In this document: positions 24,909 through 38,385 of the stretch, piece after piece
Numbering within the stretch: position 1 is the stretch's first letter
Layout of the letters: each line of letters opens with the position of its first letter
From: Eledone cirrhosa
Lineage: Eukaryota
Reading direction: 5' to 3'
Assembly (NCBI GenBank): GCA_964016885.1
Contig: OZ024743.1
Span: forward strand, 310,682,001-310,746,000
DNA: 64,000 bases
Position numbers and translations under genes: made by a program
Notes under the pieces: model-generated
Database searches by the model: none
Told to the model about the DNA's origin: nothing
What the model saw: only the letters and a program-made list of their open reading frames with translations

Positions 24909-27900
24909 ACATGAGTAGACGTGTGACGACTCGCTGATGAGTTTTTGTTTAAATTTTCTGGTAAAATGTCTGATTTTTGTAAATTTTATTACATTGGTTT
25001 AAAGATACACCAACACCCTGAAAATCCAGATGGTTGGTTTCTCTAAGTTTCAAGCCCTTAGGGGCAAAAATTTACTTTCCAAAATCAAAATTGAAAAAAA
25101 TACTATTTGTGAAAATTTAAAAATGGCATCAGAAATGCTGCCTTCTTCAAACGCAGAGAACGTTCTTGGAAAGAGGAGCGTAAAAGAGACATTATATCTT
25201 CTACTACAAGCACTTTCGCCAATCCTGAAATAATGGCCGAAAAGAAAACAATTTTTTGGCCAAGAGAAGAAAATGGAAAGAGGACTGCTCTCTTACTACC
25301 TCAGCAGCCTTCCCCTCTAATAATTGTTTCTACTTTTGGCACAAAGCCAGCAATTACTAAGTGCATTACTGGTACTTTATTTTATCGATCCCGTATGGAT
25401 GGAAGGCAAAGTTAACCTCGGCGGGATTTGAACTCAGATCGTAAAGGAACCTAACTATGCTGGAAAGCATGTCCTACCCTCTACCGATACTGCCAATTCT
25501 CCTCTAATAATTGTTTCTACTTTTGGCACAAGGCCAGCCATTACCCAGTACATGACTGGCACTTTATTTTATCGACTCCGTAAGGATGAAAGCCAAAGTT
25601 AACCTCGGCGGGATTTGAACTCAGACTGTAAAGGGACGTAACTATGCTAGAAAGCTTGGCGTCCAACCCTCTACCGATACTGCCAATTCACCCTCTAATA
25701 ATTGTTTCTACATTTGGCACAAGGCCACAAAAACCCAGTGCATTACTGGTACTTTATTTTATCGACCCCGTAAGGATGAAAAGCAAAGTTAAACTCGACG
25801 GCATCCGACCCTCTACCGATACTGCCAATCCCCCTCCAATAATAGTAGTCAGCGACAAGGCAAATTTAACAAGCCCATCACAAAGAGGAGACATTCCTAT
25901 GCCTGCTCGCAGACAGCTGAACAACCCTGACGTCATGCCAAATGTTGTCCTGGCAACACAAACAAACAAAAACAATACCATAACAAGAACAACAAAAACA
26001 ACAACTCCAGCACAAGCGAAAACAACCAAACACGTGAAAAAAATGGTTTCCAGCAACCCTTGCTAAAGAGACAGAGTTTATAGAAATAGATTTGTCAAAC
26101 CAAGCGCAGCACCTAAAGGGCCCTGCGCAACATATAACTTTCGAGGGGAATGGTTTTAGAATAAGTACCCCACCAGAAATTTGGGCTGCGACCTTAAGAA
26201 AAACAATTTTCTTCAGGACTATCTGCTTACAAATCAAGAAACCTATGGCTCTAACCAATAGCACGGTGGAAACCACACTAAAGGAGGCAATGCCAGACAT
26301 GGCTTACTTCCAGAGGGCCAAACAGTACGGGAACATCCCGGTGCTGCTTAAAGGCGAGGCCCTCGCCCAGTAATGTTCTGTGGCTCCAATTAGAATGAGC
26401 CAAACATCTTCTCCCAACATACATGGGAAGAAGAATAAGGATCTCTCAGATCCCACCGAACACCAACATTTGGTGGATCCTGGGTGTTTTTCTTTTTGGA
26501 GGAGGGTGAAGACAACCTCCTCTCTGTAAAACAATCAATCCGGCAGAACTGGAACGAGACCTCCATGGAAATCCTGGTCCAAATGAAACCGGAGAGGATT
26601 GAAAAAATAACGGAAAGGGTGTGGTGGATGATAACCATGTTGTCCACATCGCAGTGGAGGGCAAAAGACCACAATGTTTCAAATGCGGGAAAAACACACA
26701 TTTAAAAGCATTTTGCCCAATGCTGGATGTGGAAAAACAAAAGAAGGCGTTGTTGCCAACCCCCAAACCACAAGAGACACACCCGAAAACAAAAGACACA
26801 ACCCCCAAACCATCAACATTCACCCAACCATCACAAACCACAAAGGACCCCACAGCCAAAATTCCCCTGAAGGACTCTGTCCCACCCCTTCCTCCTCTGC
26901 CTAACACTCACACAAACACACACACAAAAACACCACCACCACACAACATACCCCTCCCATATACCCACAATGATAACACCTCAGACACGGGAACCTCTAC
27001 ATCCCCAAATGAGGATGAAGGGGAACCCCAAAAATCCAAGAAGCAAAAAAGACACAGAAAAATACAAAAACAAAAACATCAAAGAAAACACGCACACACC
27101 CAACATTGATATAAACATACCGCCACAAACGACAAACACACCAGCAACACAACCAGATACTACAACAAAAAAACACCTACACCACTACAATCACAAACCC
27201 CTACCACAAAAAGAAAACTACCAACAGAAACAGTACACATAAAAAAACAAAACACATTACATATACATAAAAACAAGAAACAAAGAACCGGTGGAAACTG
27301 TCCGAAAGGACCCACAATCCAAACGGAAGGGAAAACCTTCCCCAACAAAGACCCACCACCAAACCTTAAACTAATCAGGGTAACAACCCTACAATACGAA
27401 ACATTAAAAGGGAACTTACCACATGATGTGGGCTCCCCTGGCCAAAAATCCCTTAACCATGTCCTGCTAAAAGGATTCCCTCCCTCACCAAACACTTCCA
27501 ATCTGGACATGGAGATCGAACAACCCGACCTCCAGGAAACTAAAAGGTAAGAGTTCCTCTTTAACTCTTCTTCACCAACATGACGACTATACAAGTTGGA
27601 TGTTTGAATGTACGTGGCCTGGGCAGGCCCTGGAAGCAGGGCCAGTTTTTAAATGATCTCAGGTCACACTGTATAGATGCGAAGCCATCACCGAGTCCAG
27701 ATTTCATGACAAGCAGCAGCTAACCCCTATGTTCGATGATTTTGAGATCTACGCATCTCTCTGCCAGCCAGGAGGTAGAGGGGGAGTCGTTGTTCTGTTT
27801 CGAAAAACCCTTTATCTCAAAGTACAGACGATTCGCTTGGACCCGGAGGGCAACCTTGTCGACGTGGACGTAAATGGTAGTGAAGGTGTAGCTTTCAGTC

Positions 27901-28560
27901 AGGTGGCCGTATATGCCCGATTGGGATATCTCGACCAGAGTTCTTCAAGCGTCTGGAGCCATTCCTGGGAGTGTCTCGCTTAGTGTTAGCGGGCGTCTGG
28001 AATGGCTTCTTAGACGCAAGTTGGGACTATATAGGAGCATGTGATAATAGAGGTGGGTGTAATAGCCTCAAATATCTCATCAGCCAATTCCAACTGGCTG
28101 ACAGATATCGATTAAACTTCCCAAGTGCACCACTGTGGACGTGGAGCAACCGCACTGGGTCTTCTAGATCGTATGTAGATAGATTTCTAATTAGTCAGAA
28201 TGACAAGGAAACATTAAACTGTCCACAACTGCTCATGGTTGCCTATTCAGACATAAATTAGTCGCCTGTATAGTCAACATTGATAGAATACATAGACAGG
28301 GACCCGGATACTGGAAGCTAAACATGTCGCTCCCGGTTCATAAGGCCTACAGTAAACGGATTAGCACCTTATAAGAGCCAGTTGACGGGGGCCATCGTCA
28401 ACAGCAGGTGGTGGAGCTCTCTCAAGAGAGCAATTAGAATAGAATCGATAGCATTTAGCAAGGAAGTAGCTTTAGAAAATAACAAAACTGAAAAGGAACT
28501 GGTAGCTAAAATGGAAGAGGCACTTAGAATGGCAGTACAACTGACGTGCTAGCGACGAGA
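24909..28560 (+). mobile_element. Tx1 copy B (older subfamily, 3' half missing)
   Basis: Starts after (ATCT)n with AGACGTGTG. ORF1 remnants include CFKCGKNTHLKAFC and end at 27550. ORF2 starts at 27580 (APE domain) and breaks off at 28560. Confidence 0.88.
25315..25835 (-). mobile_element. Three head-to-tail family-1 SINEs inserted in ORF1 of copy B
   Basis: Units begin at ~25317, ~25505 and ~25695, each at CCTCTAATAAT. The third unit is internally deleted. Confidence 0.9.
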
Positions 28561-28687
28561 ACAGACTGGCTAGTTCGTCCTCTTCGATGCCTAGAGTCTC
28601 CCCGGGAACGTCGTCGCACTAATTCCCCACTAATCCCCTATAGAATGTTGTCGCTGATTGCCGTTTCCGCAGCGTGGATGGCTGTTA

Positions 28688-28691
<4 letters not shown>
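28561..28691 (-). mobile_element. Inverted Tx1 ORF2 fragment (copy G) fused to copy B
   Basis: The minus strand translates in pieces to ALTA...FYRGLV..CDDV.GETLGIEEDELASL, the late ORF2 region. Confidence 0.8.
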
Positions 28692-28773
<82 letters not shown>

Positions 28774-29007
28774 TATATATAGATAGATATATTTCTTTAT
28801 TTACCATAAAGGCATAAAAAGAAGGGACAAATACAAAGGGGGAGTTTACATACAATCGAGTAAAAAGGGTATAAAATGAAAATAATCGAAAATAACCTCA
28901 AAAGGGAGGGGACGTGATGGGAGTTGCACCCCCCCCCCGAAAAAGTGTGCAATCCTTTGCCCGGGGAGCACATGGAGAAGATGCTCCCCTCTCCTTTACT
29001 TCTTTAC

Positions 29008-32000
29008 CTACAGGATGGTATACAGAGAAGGCCCATTTACACGAGCCATTCTCGCCACTATCACCCACCTTTCATAAAACTGCCTGTGGCCAAGCACCTC
29101 TCTCTCCATTCTTATCCTTCTTCCGAAGTGATATCGGAAGAAGTAGACCAGACTATGGCCAGAGAGGAAGTTGCCTGACCTCAGACCTTTCAATCGTGTC
29201 CACGAAACAATCTCTTTCAACATGGCTATTACGCACAGAAAAACCGCCCTTGCTTCCTTTGTAAAGAGGGGAGGCGGTTTGATTGTCATCACGGACTCGG
29301 CGGTCAATTGAATCGGCGCCACCCGCGACAGCAGTCGTTTGGCGTAGCCCCACAGATCAGCCACGCCCGGACATTGCACCAATGCGTGCGCAACGGTTTC
29401 TTCGTGACGCACGCATCTAGGGCAAATCTTTTTTGAGGGATCCCTGCCAGGGCGCCCGTGTCTGTAGAGCCTCTCTCGAACGGGTAGAGCCCCTCGGTAG
29501 CACTGCCAGGCCAGTGACTTCTGGAAGTTGTCCATTGGTCCTGGGCCGAAAGTCCTACCGAACAGGCTGGCCAGTTCGTCTTCTTCCATGTCCAGCGACT
29601 CTCCAAGGGTGTCATCGCCCCTGCTAGCCACCAGCCCTCTATAGAATGATGAGGTGGATTCTCCACCGATGGCCTGGCTCGCTTGCCAGAGAGCCCTGAG
29701 CGCCTGAGCACACTCAGTGTGCCAGTCTCCCAGTTTTCCGGATCTTTGCTTGACCCAGGACTGTAGCTCGGTGAGCGAGATGAGTCTCGGAAAGGCTCGT
29801 TTCACGAACGGAGCCCACACCGGTTGACCAGTGAGGAATACCTGTAGGTGCCGTAGCCTTAATGCGTACCTACGCATCATCAACCACGGCATCCCCAGCC
29901 CTCCTTTCGAAGGTTGTTGGCAGCAGATGGATCTTCTCGCCATAGGAGGGCGCTTCTGCCAAAGAAATTGGAAGAGCATGCGTTCCATGGTGGTGAGTAT
30001 TTCCTTAGGGCAAGGCACGACAGTCAGGCGGTAGTAAGTGACGGACTCTATGTAAATGTTCGCCACCTCCGCCCGGCCTTTTAGGGACAGCTTACACTTG
30101 GCCCATTTCTGGGTTAGTGCAAACACCTTGTTCGTAACCTCGTTCCAGTTCTTTTCCACCTGGAGGTCCGGTCCAAACCAGACCCCAAGCAACTTTACCG
30201 GACCCTCCGTCCAGTGTCCGACGACACCGTCGGGAGGCATCGGTCTGCATCTACACGTTCCGAGTTGCAGCCCGATGAATTTTTCCCGGTTCAGTTTCGC
30301 TCCTGACAACCTTTCGTAATCCTCCAGTAAGGTACCGATCGCCTCGATCTCCGAGTCGGTCGATACCATTACTGTTACGTCATCGGCGTAGGCCGACACC
30401 GCTCTGCTCAATCCTGGTTCCAGGAGGATACCCTGCAACAACTCCAACTTCCTCAGTAAAAGCTCGAGAGTCAATACGTACAGAAGGGAGGAGAGAGGGC
30501 ACCCCTGTCGAATGGATCGTGTGATTTCGAACTGCTTCGAAAGGTAGCCGTTTACCTTGATCCTAGAACAGATGTGGTTGCTATGTAAGGCAGTGATCCA
30601 GCCTCTGAAAACAGGACCGAACCCAGCCGCCGCTAGCACCGCATCCAGGTAACCATGGTCGACCCTATCGAAGGCCTTAGACTGATCCAAGTTGATCAGG
30701 GCCCCACCGAAGCCGGGTTTGTTGCCAACCCTCTCTATAATGTATCGCATGAGGTGGAGGTTATCGTGAATGGACCTGGATGGGATCGCACATGTCTGCG
30801 CATCTCCCACCAGGCCACCCACGACAAGCGCCTAACCTCTTTGCTAACACCTTGGCCAAAATCTTTAACTCTGTGTTTAGGAGGGTTATGGGCCGAAAAT
30901 TATTTATACTATCTCCCTTGTTCTCGTCCTTCCTCACCAGCGTGACTACGCCCTTGGCTACAGAACAAGGAATTCTCCTGTTCTGCTGCCAATTGCGGTA
31001 GACCGCTTCGAGGAGTTCGGAGAAGAAGACCGGCATTGCTAAATAAAGTTCGTAAGGTATACCATCGAGACCTGGAGATTTGCGTCTGCTGCATTGGCTC
31101 AGCGCATCTCCGATCTCATCAGCCGAGATTGGTCCCTCGAGGGACTCTGCCTCTTCGCTCGAGAGACGCGGCAGGCCGTCGAGGTATGGACCGAAATCCA
31201 CGTCCCCGCCTGGACTCTCGCCTCCCCCGAACAATCGGGCAAAGTGCCTTTGAAAGGCCTCGCACATCTGCTTAGGCTCCCGGATCACCCGTCCATCTTC
31301 GTCTTGCAACGACCGGATGGTGGATCGATTTCCACTCTTAGCTTCTGTCACGCGGGCCCAGCCAACGGCTTTGGCGCCCTCATTAGCTAGAGCACGTATT
31401 TTACTTCGAATGACGCAGCCTTCGTGCTTTGCATCGAAAAACTGGTTCAAGGCCGTCCTCGATGCCAGCACTCTGGCCACATCTTCGCTCTTGATTGCCT
31501 CTTCTAATTTACCTGTTAATTCTTTCTCGTTTCTATTCCTATCGGCAGCTAACATCTTGCTATAACTTATTGATTCTGTTTTAATCTCTCTTTTGAGAGA
31601 TGCCCACCATCGGTTGTTGACGATTGCACCCGTCAACCTCTCCTTAACTAATCTGCTAATCCGGTTTCTGTAAGTCTCTTTTGCCGGTAAAGACAAATTA
31701 AGTTTCCAGTAACCGGGACCCTGTTTATGTGTTTTCTCGAGATTGACTACGCAGGTCACTAATTTGTGATCCGTGTAGCCAACCGTGCGCATTTCTGGAC
31801 AGCTTAATATGTCCCTATCCTTACTTCTAACTAAGAATCTATCTAAGTACGATCTAGATTGACCACTGTGGTTTCTCCAAGTCCAGGTAGGCACAGTTGG
31901 AAAATCTAGTCGATATCTATCGACCAAGTTAAAACGGTCGAGTAACCCCTTGAGGCTGTTACACCCCCCTCTATTAGGACATGCTCCTGCATAGTCCCAA

Positions 32001-32447
32001 CGTGCATCTAGGATGTCATTCCAATCCCCCCGCTAGAAGCAGGGAAAGCGACGTTCCCAGAAAAGTCTCTAAACGCTGGAAGAAGTCGGGCCGTTCAGCT
32101 CCGAAAGGGGAGTAGACGGCGACCAGTCTTAAGTCCGCACCTTCACTACTGCCAACGTCTAGCACCAACAAACGACCCTCCGGGTCCGAGTGCACAACCT
32201 GTACGGCAAGACCCAGGTGTTTTTGCAGCAGTACGACAACCCCACCCCCACCTCCAGGTTGACAGAGAGATGCATGCACCTCAAAGTCATCGAAGGTAGG
32301 GGCCAGCTGCCGCACGACGCTGATCCGAGTCTCACAGATAACCATTACATTTATACCACATGACCTGAGGTCATTTAGAAGCTTTGCTTGCTTCCAAGTT
32401 GAGCCCAGGCCACGTTCATTCAAACATCCTACTCTTAACACATCCAT
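29008..32447 (-). pseudogene. Copy C ORF2 (APE-RT-Zn finger), two frameshifts
   Basis: Collinear ORF pieces 32016-32447, 30761-31927 and 29008-30822, with YADD, QGCPLS and CPRCVRHEETVAHALVQC. Confidence 0.95.
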
Positions 32448-32480
32448 GTGGGCGGCAGAGCCAAAGGAGAGTGTAGAGAC

Positions 32481-34385
32481 CTACCTTTCCGCTTCCCGGG
32501 GTTCGGGTCGCACGACTTCCATGGGGTCGGGGGTGTTGGGTGAAGGGGTGTCTTGTGGTGGTGTGGGGTCGTCAGTGTGTGGTGGGGTTGGGGTGTTTGG
32601 AGTTGTGATGGGAAGGGGAAGGGGAGGGGGAAAGCTTTTTAGTAGGACGCGGTTTATGGGTTTGACAGAGAGTTGTCCTACGTCCTCCTTAAAATCCTTT
32701 TTTAGTTTCTCGTAGAGGTTCATTGGGATCTTTATTAATTTTAAATGTGGGTAGTTTTCTGAAGAAACAAAGTTTACACCTTCGGTCTGTACCGAAGGAT
32801 TATTGTATATGAGTTCATTTAATTTATTATTGTTTCTGTTGATGTAAGTATAGTGTAATGTCTCTTTTTCGGATGGTGTGAGTGTTTCGGAGAGGGGAGG
32901 GGCAGGTTTGCTTTTGTTTGTTGCTGGAGGGGTGTTTTCTGTTTTGTTGGATTGCGTTGAGATTTGAGTGGGGGTTGTTTGGCCTTGTGTGTTTTGCACA
33001 TGTTTTCTTTTTTTCCTTTTAATTTGTCTGAAGGACTCCGTTTCTTCCTCCGAATTCGTTGGGTTATCTTCAGTGTTGGAGGGAAGAGGTATGTTTGCTG
33101 GTAATGTTTCCGTGTTGGTTTTCTTTGTGGGGAAGATGGATGTCACTATGTTAGACTGTGTTGTGTGTTGTGTCTGCGGTGGTTGTGTTGTTTTAGTGAG
33201 TGAGGGGTTGGGTGGGCCTGTATTTTGTTTTGGGGTAATGTGTTGTGACTGTTTGTGTTGTGGTGGTGGTGTAGTTTTACTGAGGGACGGGTTGGGTGGG
33301 ACTGAGTTTTGTTGTTTGTTTATCTGTTGTGGTGGTGGTGGTGGAGCTGGTGTTGGTAGCAGGGTTTTGTTTTTGTTGAGTTGGGGACAAGCGGCCTTCA
33401 GGTGCCCTCTGCCTGCACAGATATGACAGGACGGCCTTCTCCCCTCCACGCTAATGTTTATATACCCGTGGTCCTCTAATAGGATTCTGTCGGGTATTTG
33501 GGCGATGCGTTCAGGCTTCATTTGCACTACCAGCTCTATACCTGTTCCACTGAACGCATTGCCTGTGGTTTTCCCAATGGAAATCACGTTGTCATTCACT
33601 GGATCGATGAAGCCAGCTATGAGCCAGCAGTAGTCCACATCTGGCATCATTGCATCCAGCCATATGCGTTGAGTTCTTTTACCCATATAAGATGGATAAC
33701 AGGTAAACATTTTCGAACGAATCGGTGACAAAGCACATTTTTTTGCCGCAGATTCGTTCTTCATAATGATTGCTAGGCTTCCATACAGTCTGTCTTTTCT
33801 TATGAAAGTGGTTTCATTAAGTACTTCTGTGAGTACTGTTTTGATATCTGCCTGAGTTGGCTGTTCAGGTTTTTTTGAAGTGTTGTTGATGGTGCGGAAC
33901 ACGACCGTTCGACTTTCAATGTCTTTGGTGAGTTCTTGAGGCATTTTTACCGATAAAATACCATTCTCTCCTTCACTTATGTATTGTTTGGCGTCTGTGA
34001 TTCTTCATGCCACATCTGAAATATTTTCAGGTATATATGTCACAGATTTCTTTGTTTTTTGTGCAAATGAAATCTTGTTGACTCTGTCGTCTGCTTTGCT
34101 TTCTGTTATGGTGTTATTTTCAAATGTTATTTTTGTGTTTGTTGTGTCTTTGTTTGTGGTATTAGTATTGTCATGCAATTTTTCAAATTTTTTTTTTCCG
34201 TTGTTGGAATCCATGTCCAGATTTGTGTTTTCGTCATTTTTCTCCGCAGATTCGTCTGTTTTTATTTTATTTTTTCCTTCCTTCTCTATGACGTTAGTTG
34301 GGAAGGAAGGGGGGACTAAAGCGTGCGTGCTTACAACTGTTACCGCTGTCCCCCCACCACTATTTTCGTTCGCTTCGTTTAACAT
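32481..34385 (-). pseudogene. Copy C ORF1 with CCHC zinc knuckle, one premature stop
   Basis: CHICAGRGHLKAAC. TGA at ~34005 where copy D has CGA. Confidence 0.9.
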
Positions 34386-34611
34386 TTCTGTCAGACGATT
34401 GAAATTTTTTTGCCACAAAATCTTTTAAAACAGGTTTTTCACCTCTAGGAGGGGGAAAGATGAGCTGACCCACCGCCTGACAGATCAGACGGGGGGTCAA
34501 GCTACACAATAGTATCAAAATTAAATTTGAACTCACAAAATTTCCGCAATAAATTTGAACAAAACTTCTGCGCGAAGTGAATTACATCCACACTGTAGAA
34601 CAGACGACAGC

Positions 34612-34634
34612 TAGATAGATAGATAGATAGATAT

Positions 34635-34697
<63 letters not shown>

Positions 34698-34699
34698 TA
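34612..34699. repeat. (TAGA)n spacer between copies C and D
   Basis: Seen directly. Confidence 0.99.
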
Positions 34700-34914
34700 T
34701 TTCTTTATTTACCATAAAGGCATAAAAAGAAGGGACAAATACAAAGGGGGAGTTATAATATAATCGAGTGAAAAGGGTGTAACATGAAAATAATCGAAAA
34801 TAACCTCAAAAGGGAGGGGACGTGATGGGGGTTGCACACCCCCCCGAAAAAGTGTGCAATCTTTTGCCCGGGGAGCACATGGAGAAGGTGCTCCCCTCTC
34901 CTTTACTTCTTTAC

Positions 34915-37900
34915 CTACAGGATGGTATACAGAGAAGGCCCATTTACACGAGTCATTCTCGCCACTATCACCCACCTTTCATAAAACTGCCTGTGGCCAA
35001 GCACCTCTCTCTCCATTCTTATCCTTCTTCCGAAGTGATATCGGAAGAAGTAGACCAGACTATGGCCAGAGAGGAAGTTGCCTGACCTCAGACCTTTCAA
35101 TCGTGTCCACCAAACAACCTCTTTCAACATGGCTATTACGCACAGAAAAACCGCCCTTGCTTCCTTTGTGAAGAGGGGAGGCGGTTTGATTGTCATCACG
35201 GACTCGGCGGTCAATTTAATCGGCGCCACCCGTGACAGCAGTCATTCGGCGTAGCCCCACAGATCAGCCACGCCCGGACATTGCACCAATGCCTGCGCAA
35301 CGGTTTCTTCGTGACGCACGCATCTAGGGCAAATCTTTTTTGAGGGATCCCTGCCCGGGCGCCCGTGTCTGTAGAGCCTCTCTCGAACGGGTAGAGCCCC
35401 CAGGTAGCACTGCCAGGCCAGTGACTTCTGGAAGTTGTCCATTGGACCTGGGCCGAAAGTCCTACCGAACAGGCTGGCCAGTTCGTCCTCTTCCATGTCC
35501 AGCGACTCTCCAAGGGTGTCATCGCCCCTGCTAGCCACCAGCCCTCTATAGAATGATGAGGTGGATTCTCCACCGATGGCCTGGCCCGCTTGCCAGAGAG
35601 CCCTGAGCGCCTGAGCGCACTCAGTGTGCCAGTCTCCCAGTTTTCCGGATCTTTGCTTGACCCAGGACTGTAGCTCGGTGAGCGAGACGAGTCTCGGAAA
35701 GGCTCGTTTCACGAACGGAGCCCACACCGGTTGACCAGTGAGGAATACCTGTAGGTGCCGTAGCCTTAATGAGTGCCTACGCATCACCAACCACGGCATC
35801 CCCAGCCCTCCTATCGAAGGTTGTTGGCAGCAGATGGATCTTCTCGCCATAGGAGGGCGCTTCTTCCAAAGAAATTGGAAGAGCATGCGTTCCATGGTAG
35901 TGAGTGTTTCCTTAGGGCAAGGCACGACAGTCAGGCGGTAGTAAGTGACGGACGCTATGTAAATGTTCGCCACCTCCGCCCGGCCTTTTAGGGACGGCTT
36001 ACACTTGGCCCATTTCTGGGTTAGTGCAAACACCTTGTTCGTAACCTCGTTCCAGTTCTTTTCCACCTGGAGGTCCGGTCCAAACCAGACCCCAAGCAAC
36101 TTTACCGGGCCCTCCGTCCAGTGTCCGACGACACCGTCAGGAGGCATCGGTCTGCCTCTCCATGTTCCGAGTTGCAGCCCGATGGATTTTTCCCGGTTCA
36201 GTTTCGCTCCTGACAACCTTTCGTAATCCTCCAGTAAGGTACCGATCGCCTCGATCTACGAGTCGGTCGATACCATTACAGTTGCGTCATCGGCGTAGGC
36301 CGACACCGCTTTGCTCAATCCTGGTTCCAGGGGGATACCCTGCAACAACTCCAACTTCCTCAGTAAAAGCTTGAGAGTCAATACGTACAGAAGGGAGGAG
36401 AGAGGGCACCCCTGTCGAATGGATCGTGTGATTTCGAACGGCTTCGAAAGGTAGCCGTTCACCTTGATCCTAGAACAGATGTGGTTGCTATGTAAGGCAG
36501 TGATCCAGCCTCTGAAAACAGGACCGAACCCAGCCGCCGCTAGCACCGCATCCAGGTAACCATGGTCGACCCTATCGAATGCCTTAGACTGATCCAAGTT
36601 GATCAGGGCCCCACCGAAGTCGGGTTTGTTGCCAACCCTCTCTATGATGTATCGCATGAGGTGGAGGTTATCGTGAATGGACCTGGATGGTATAGCACAT
36701 GTCTGCGCATCTCCCACCAGGCCACCCACGACAAGCGCTAACCTCTTTGCTAACACCTTGGCCAAAATCTTTAACTCTGTGTTTAGCAGGGTTATGGGCC
36801 GAAAATTATTTATACTATTTCCCTTGTTCTCGTCCTTCCTCACCAGCGTGACTACGCCCTTGGCTACAGAACAAGGAATTCTCCCGTTCTGCTGCCAATT
36901 GCAGTAGACCGCTTCGAGGAGTTCGGAGAAGAAGACCGGCATTGTTAAATAAAGTTCGTAAGGTATACCATCGAGACCTGGAGATTTGCGTCTGCTGCAT
37001 TGGCTCAGCGCATCTCCGATCTCATCAGCCGAGATTGGTCCCTCGCAGGACTCTGCCTCTTCGCTCGAGAGACGCGGAAGGCCGTCGAGGTATGGACCGA
37101 AATCCACGCCCCCGCCCGGACCCTCGCCCCCCCCGAACAATCGGGCAAAGTGCCTTTGAAAGGCCTCGCACATCTGCTTATGCTCCCGGATCACCCGTCC
37201 ATCTTCGTCTTGCAACGACCGGATGGTGGATCGATTTCCACTCTTAGCTTCTGTCACGCGGGCCCAGCCAACGGCTTTGGCCTCCTCATTACTTAGAGCA
37301 CGTATTTTACTTCGAATGACGCAGCCTTCGTGCTTTGCATCGAAAAACTGGTTCAAGGCCGTCCTCGATGCCAGCACTCTGGCCACATCTTCGCTCTTGA
37401 TTGCCTCTTCTAATTTACCTGTTAATTCTTTCTCGTTTCTATTCCTATCGGCAGCTAACATCTTGCTATAACTTATTGATTCTGTCCTAATCTCTCTTTT
37501 GAGAGATGCCCACCATCGGTTGTTGACGATTGCACCCGTCAACCTCTCCTTAACTAATCTGCTAATCCGGTTTCTGTAAGTCTCTTTTGCCGGTAAAGAC
37601 AAATTAAGTTTCCAGTAACCGGGACCCTGTTTATGTGTTTTCTCGACATTGACTACGCAGGTCACTAATTTGTGATCCGTGTAGCCAACCGTGCGCATTT
37701 CTGGACAGCTTAATATGTCCCTATCCTTACTTCTAACTAAGAATCTATCTAAGTACGATCTAGATTGACCACTGTGGTTTCTCCAAGTCCAGGTAGGCAC
37801 AGTTGGAAAATCTAGTCGATATCTATCGACCAAGTTAAAACGGTCGAGTAACCCCTTGAGGCTGTTACACCCCCCTCTATTAGGACATGCTCCTGCATAG

Positions 37901-38352
37901 TCCCAACGTGCATCTAGGATGTCATTCCAATCCCCCGCTAGAAGCAGGGAACGCGACGTTCCCAGAAAAGTCTCCAAACGCTGGAAGAAGTCGGGCCGTT
38001 CAGCTCCGAAAGGGGAGTAGACGGCGACCTGTCTCAAGGCCGCACTTTCACTACTGCTAACGTCTAGCACCAACAAACGACCCTCCGGGTCCGAGTGCAC
38101 AACCTGTACGGCAAGACCCAGGTGTTTTTGCAGCAGTACGACAACCCCACCCCCACCTCCAGGTTGACAGAGAGATGCATGCACCTCAAAGTCATCGAAG
38201 GTGGGGGCCAGCTGCCGCACGACGCTGATTCGAGTCTCACAGATAACCATTACATTTATACTACATGACCTGAGGTCATTTAGAAGCATTGCTTGCTTCC
38301 AAGTTGAGCCCAGGCCACGTCCATTCAAACATCCTACTCTTAACACATCCAT
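34915..38352 (-). pseudogene. Copy D ORF2, disrupted
   Basis: 698-aa APE-RT piece (36256-38352), then 35242-36216 and 34915-35229. Confidence 0.95.
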
Positions 38353-38385
38353 GTGGGCGGCAGAGCCAAAGGAGAGTGTAGAGAC

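Larger units (their letters stand above)
28792..34611 (-). mobile_element. Tx1 copy C (full length, ~5.8 kb)
   Basis: Complete 5' UTR, ORF1, ORF2 and 3' UTR, with GATA repeats on both sides. Confidence 0.95.
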
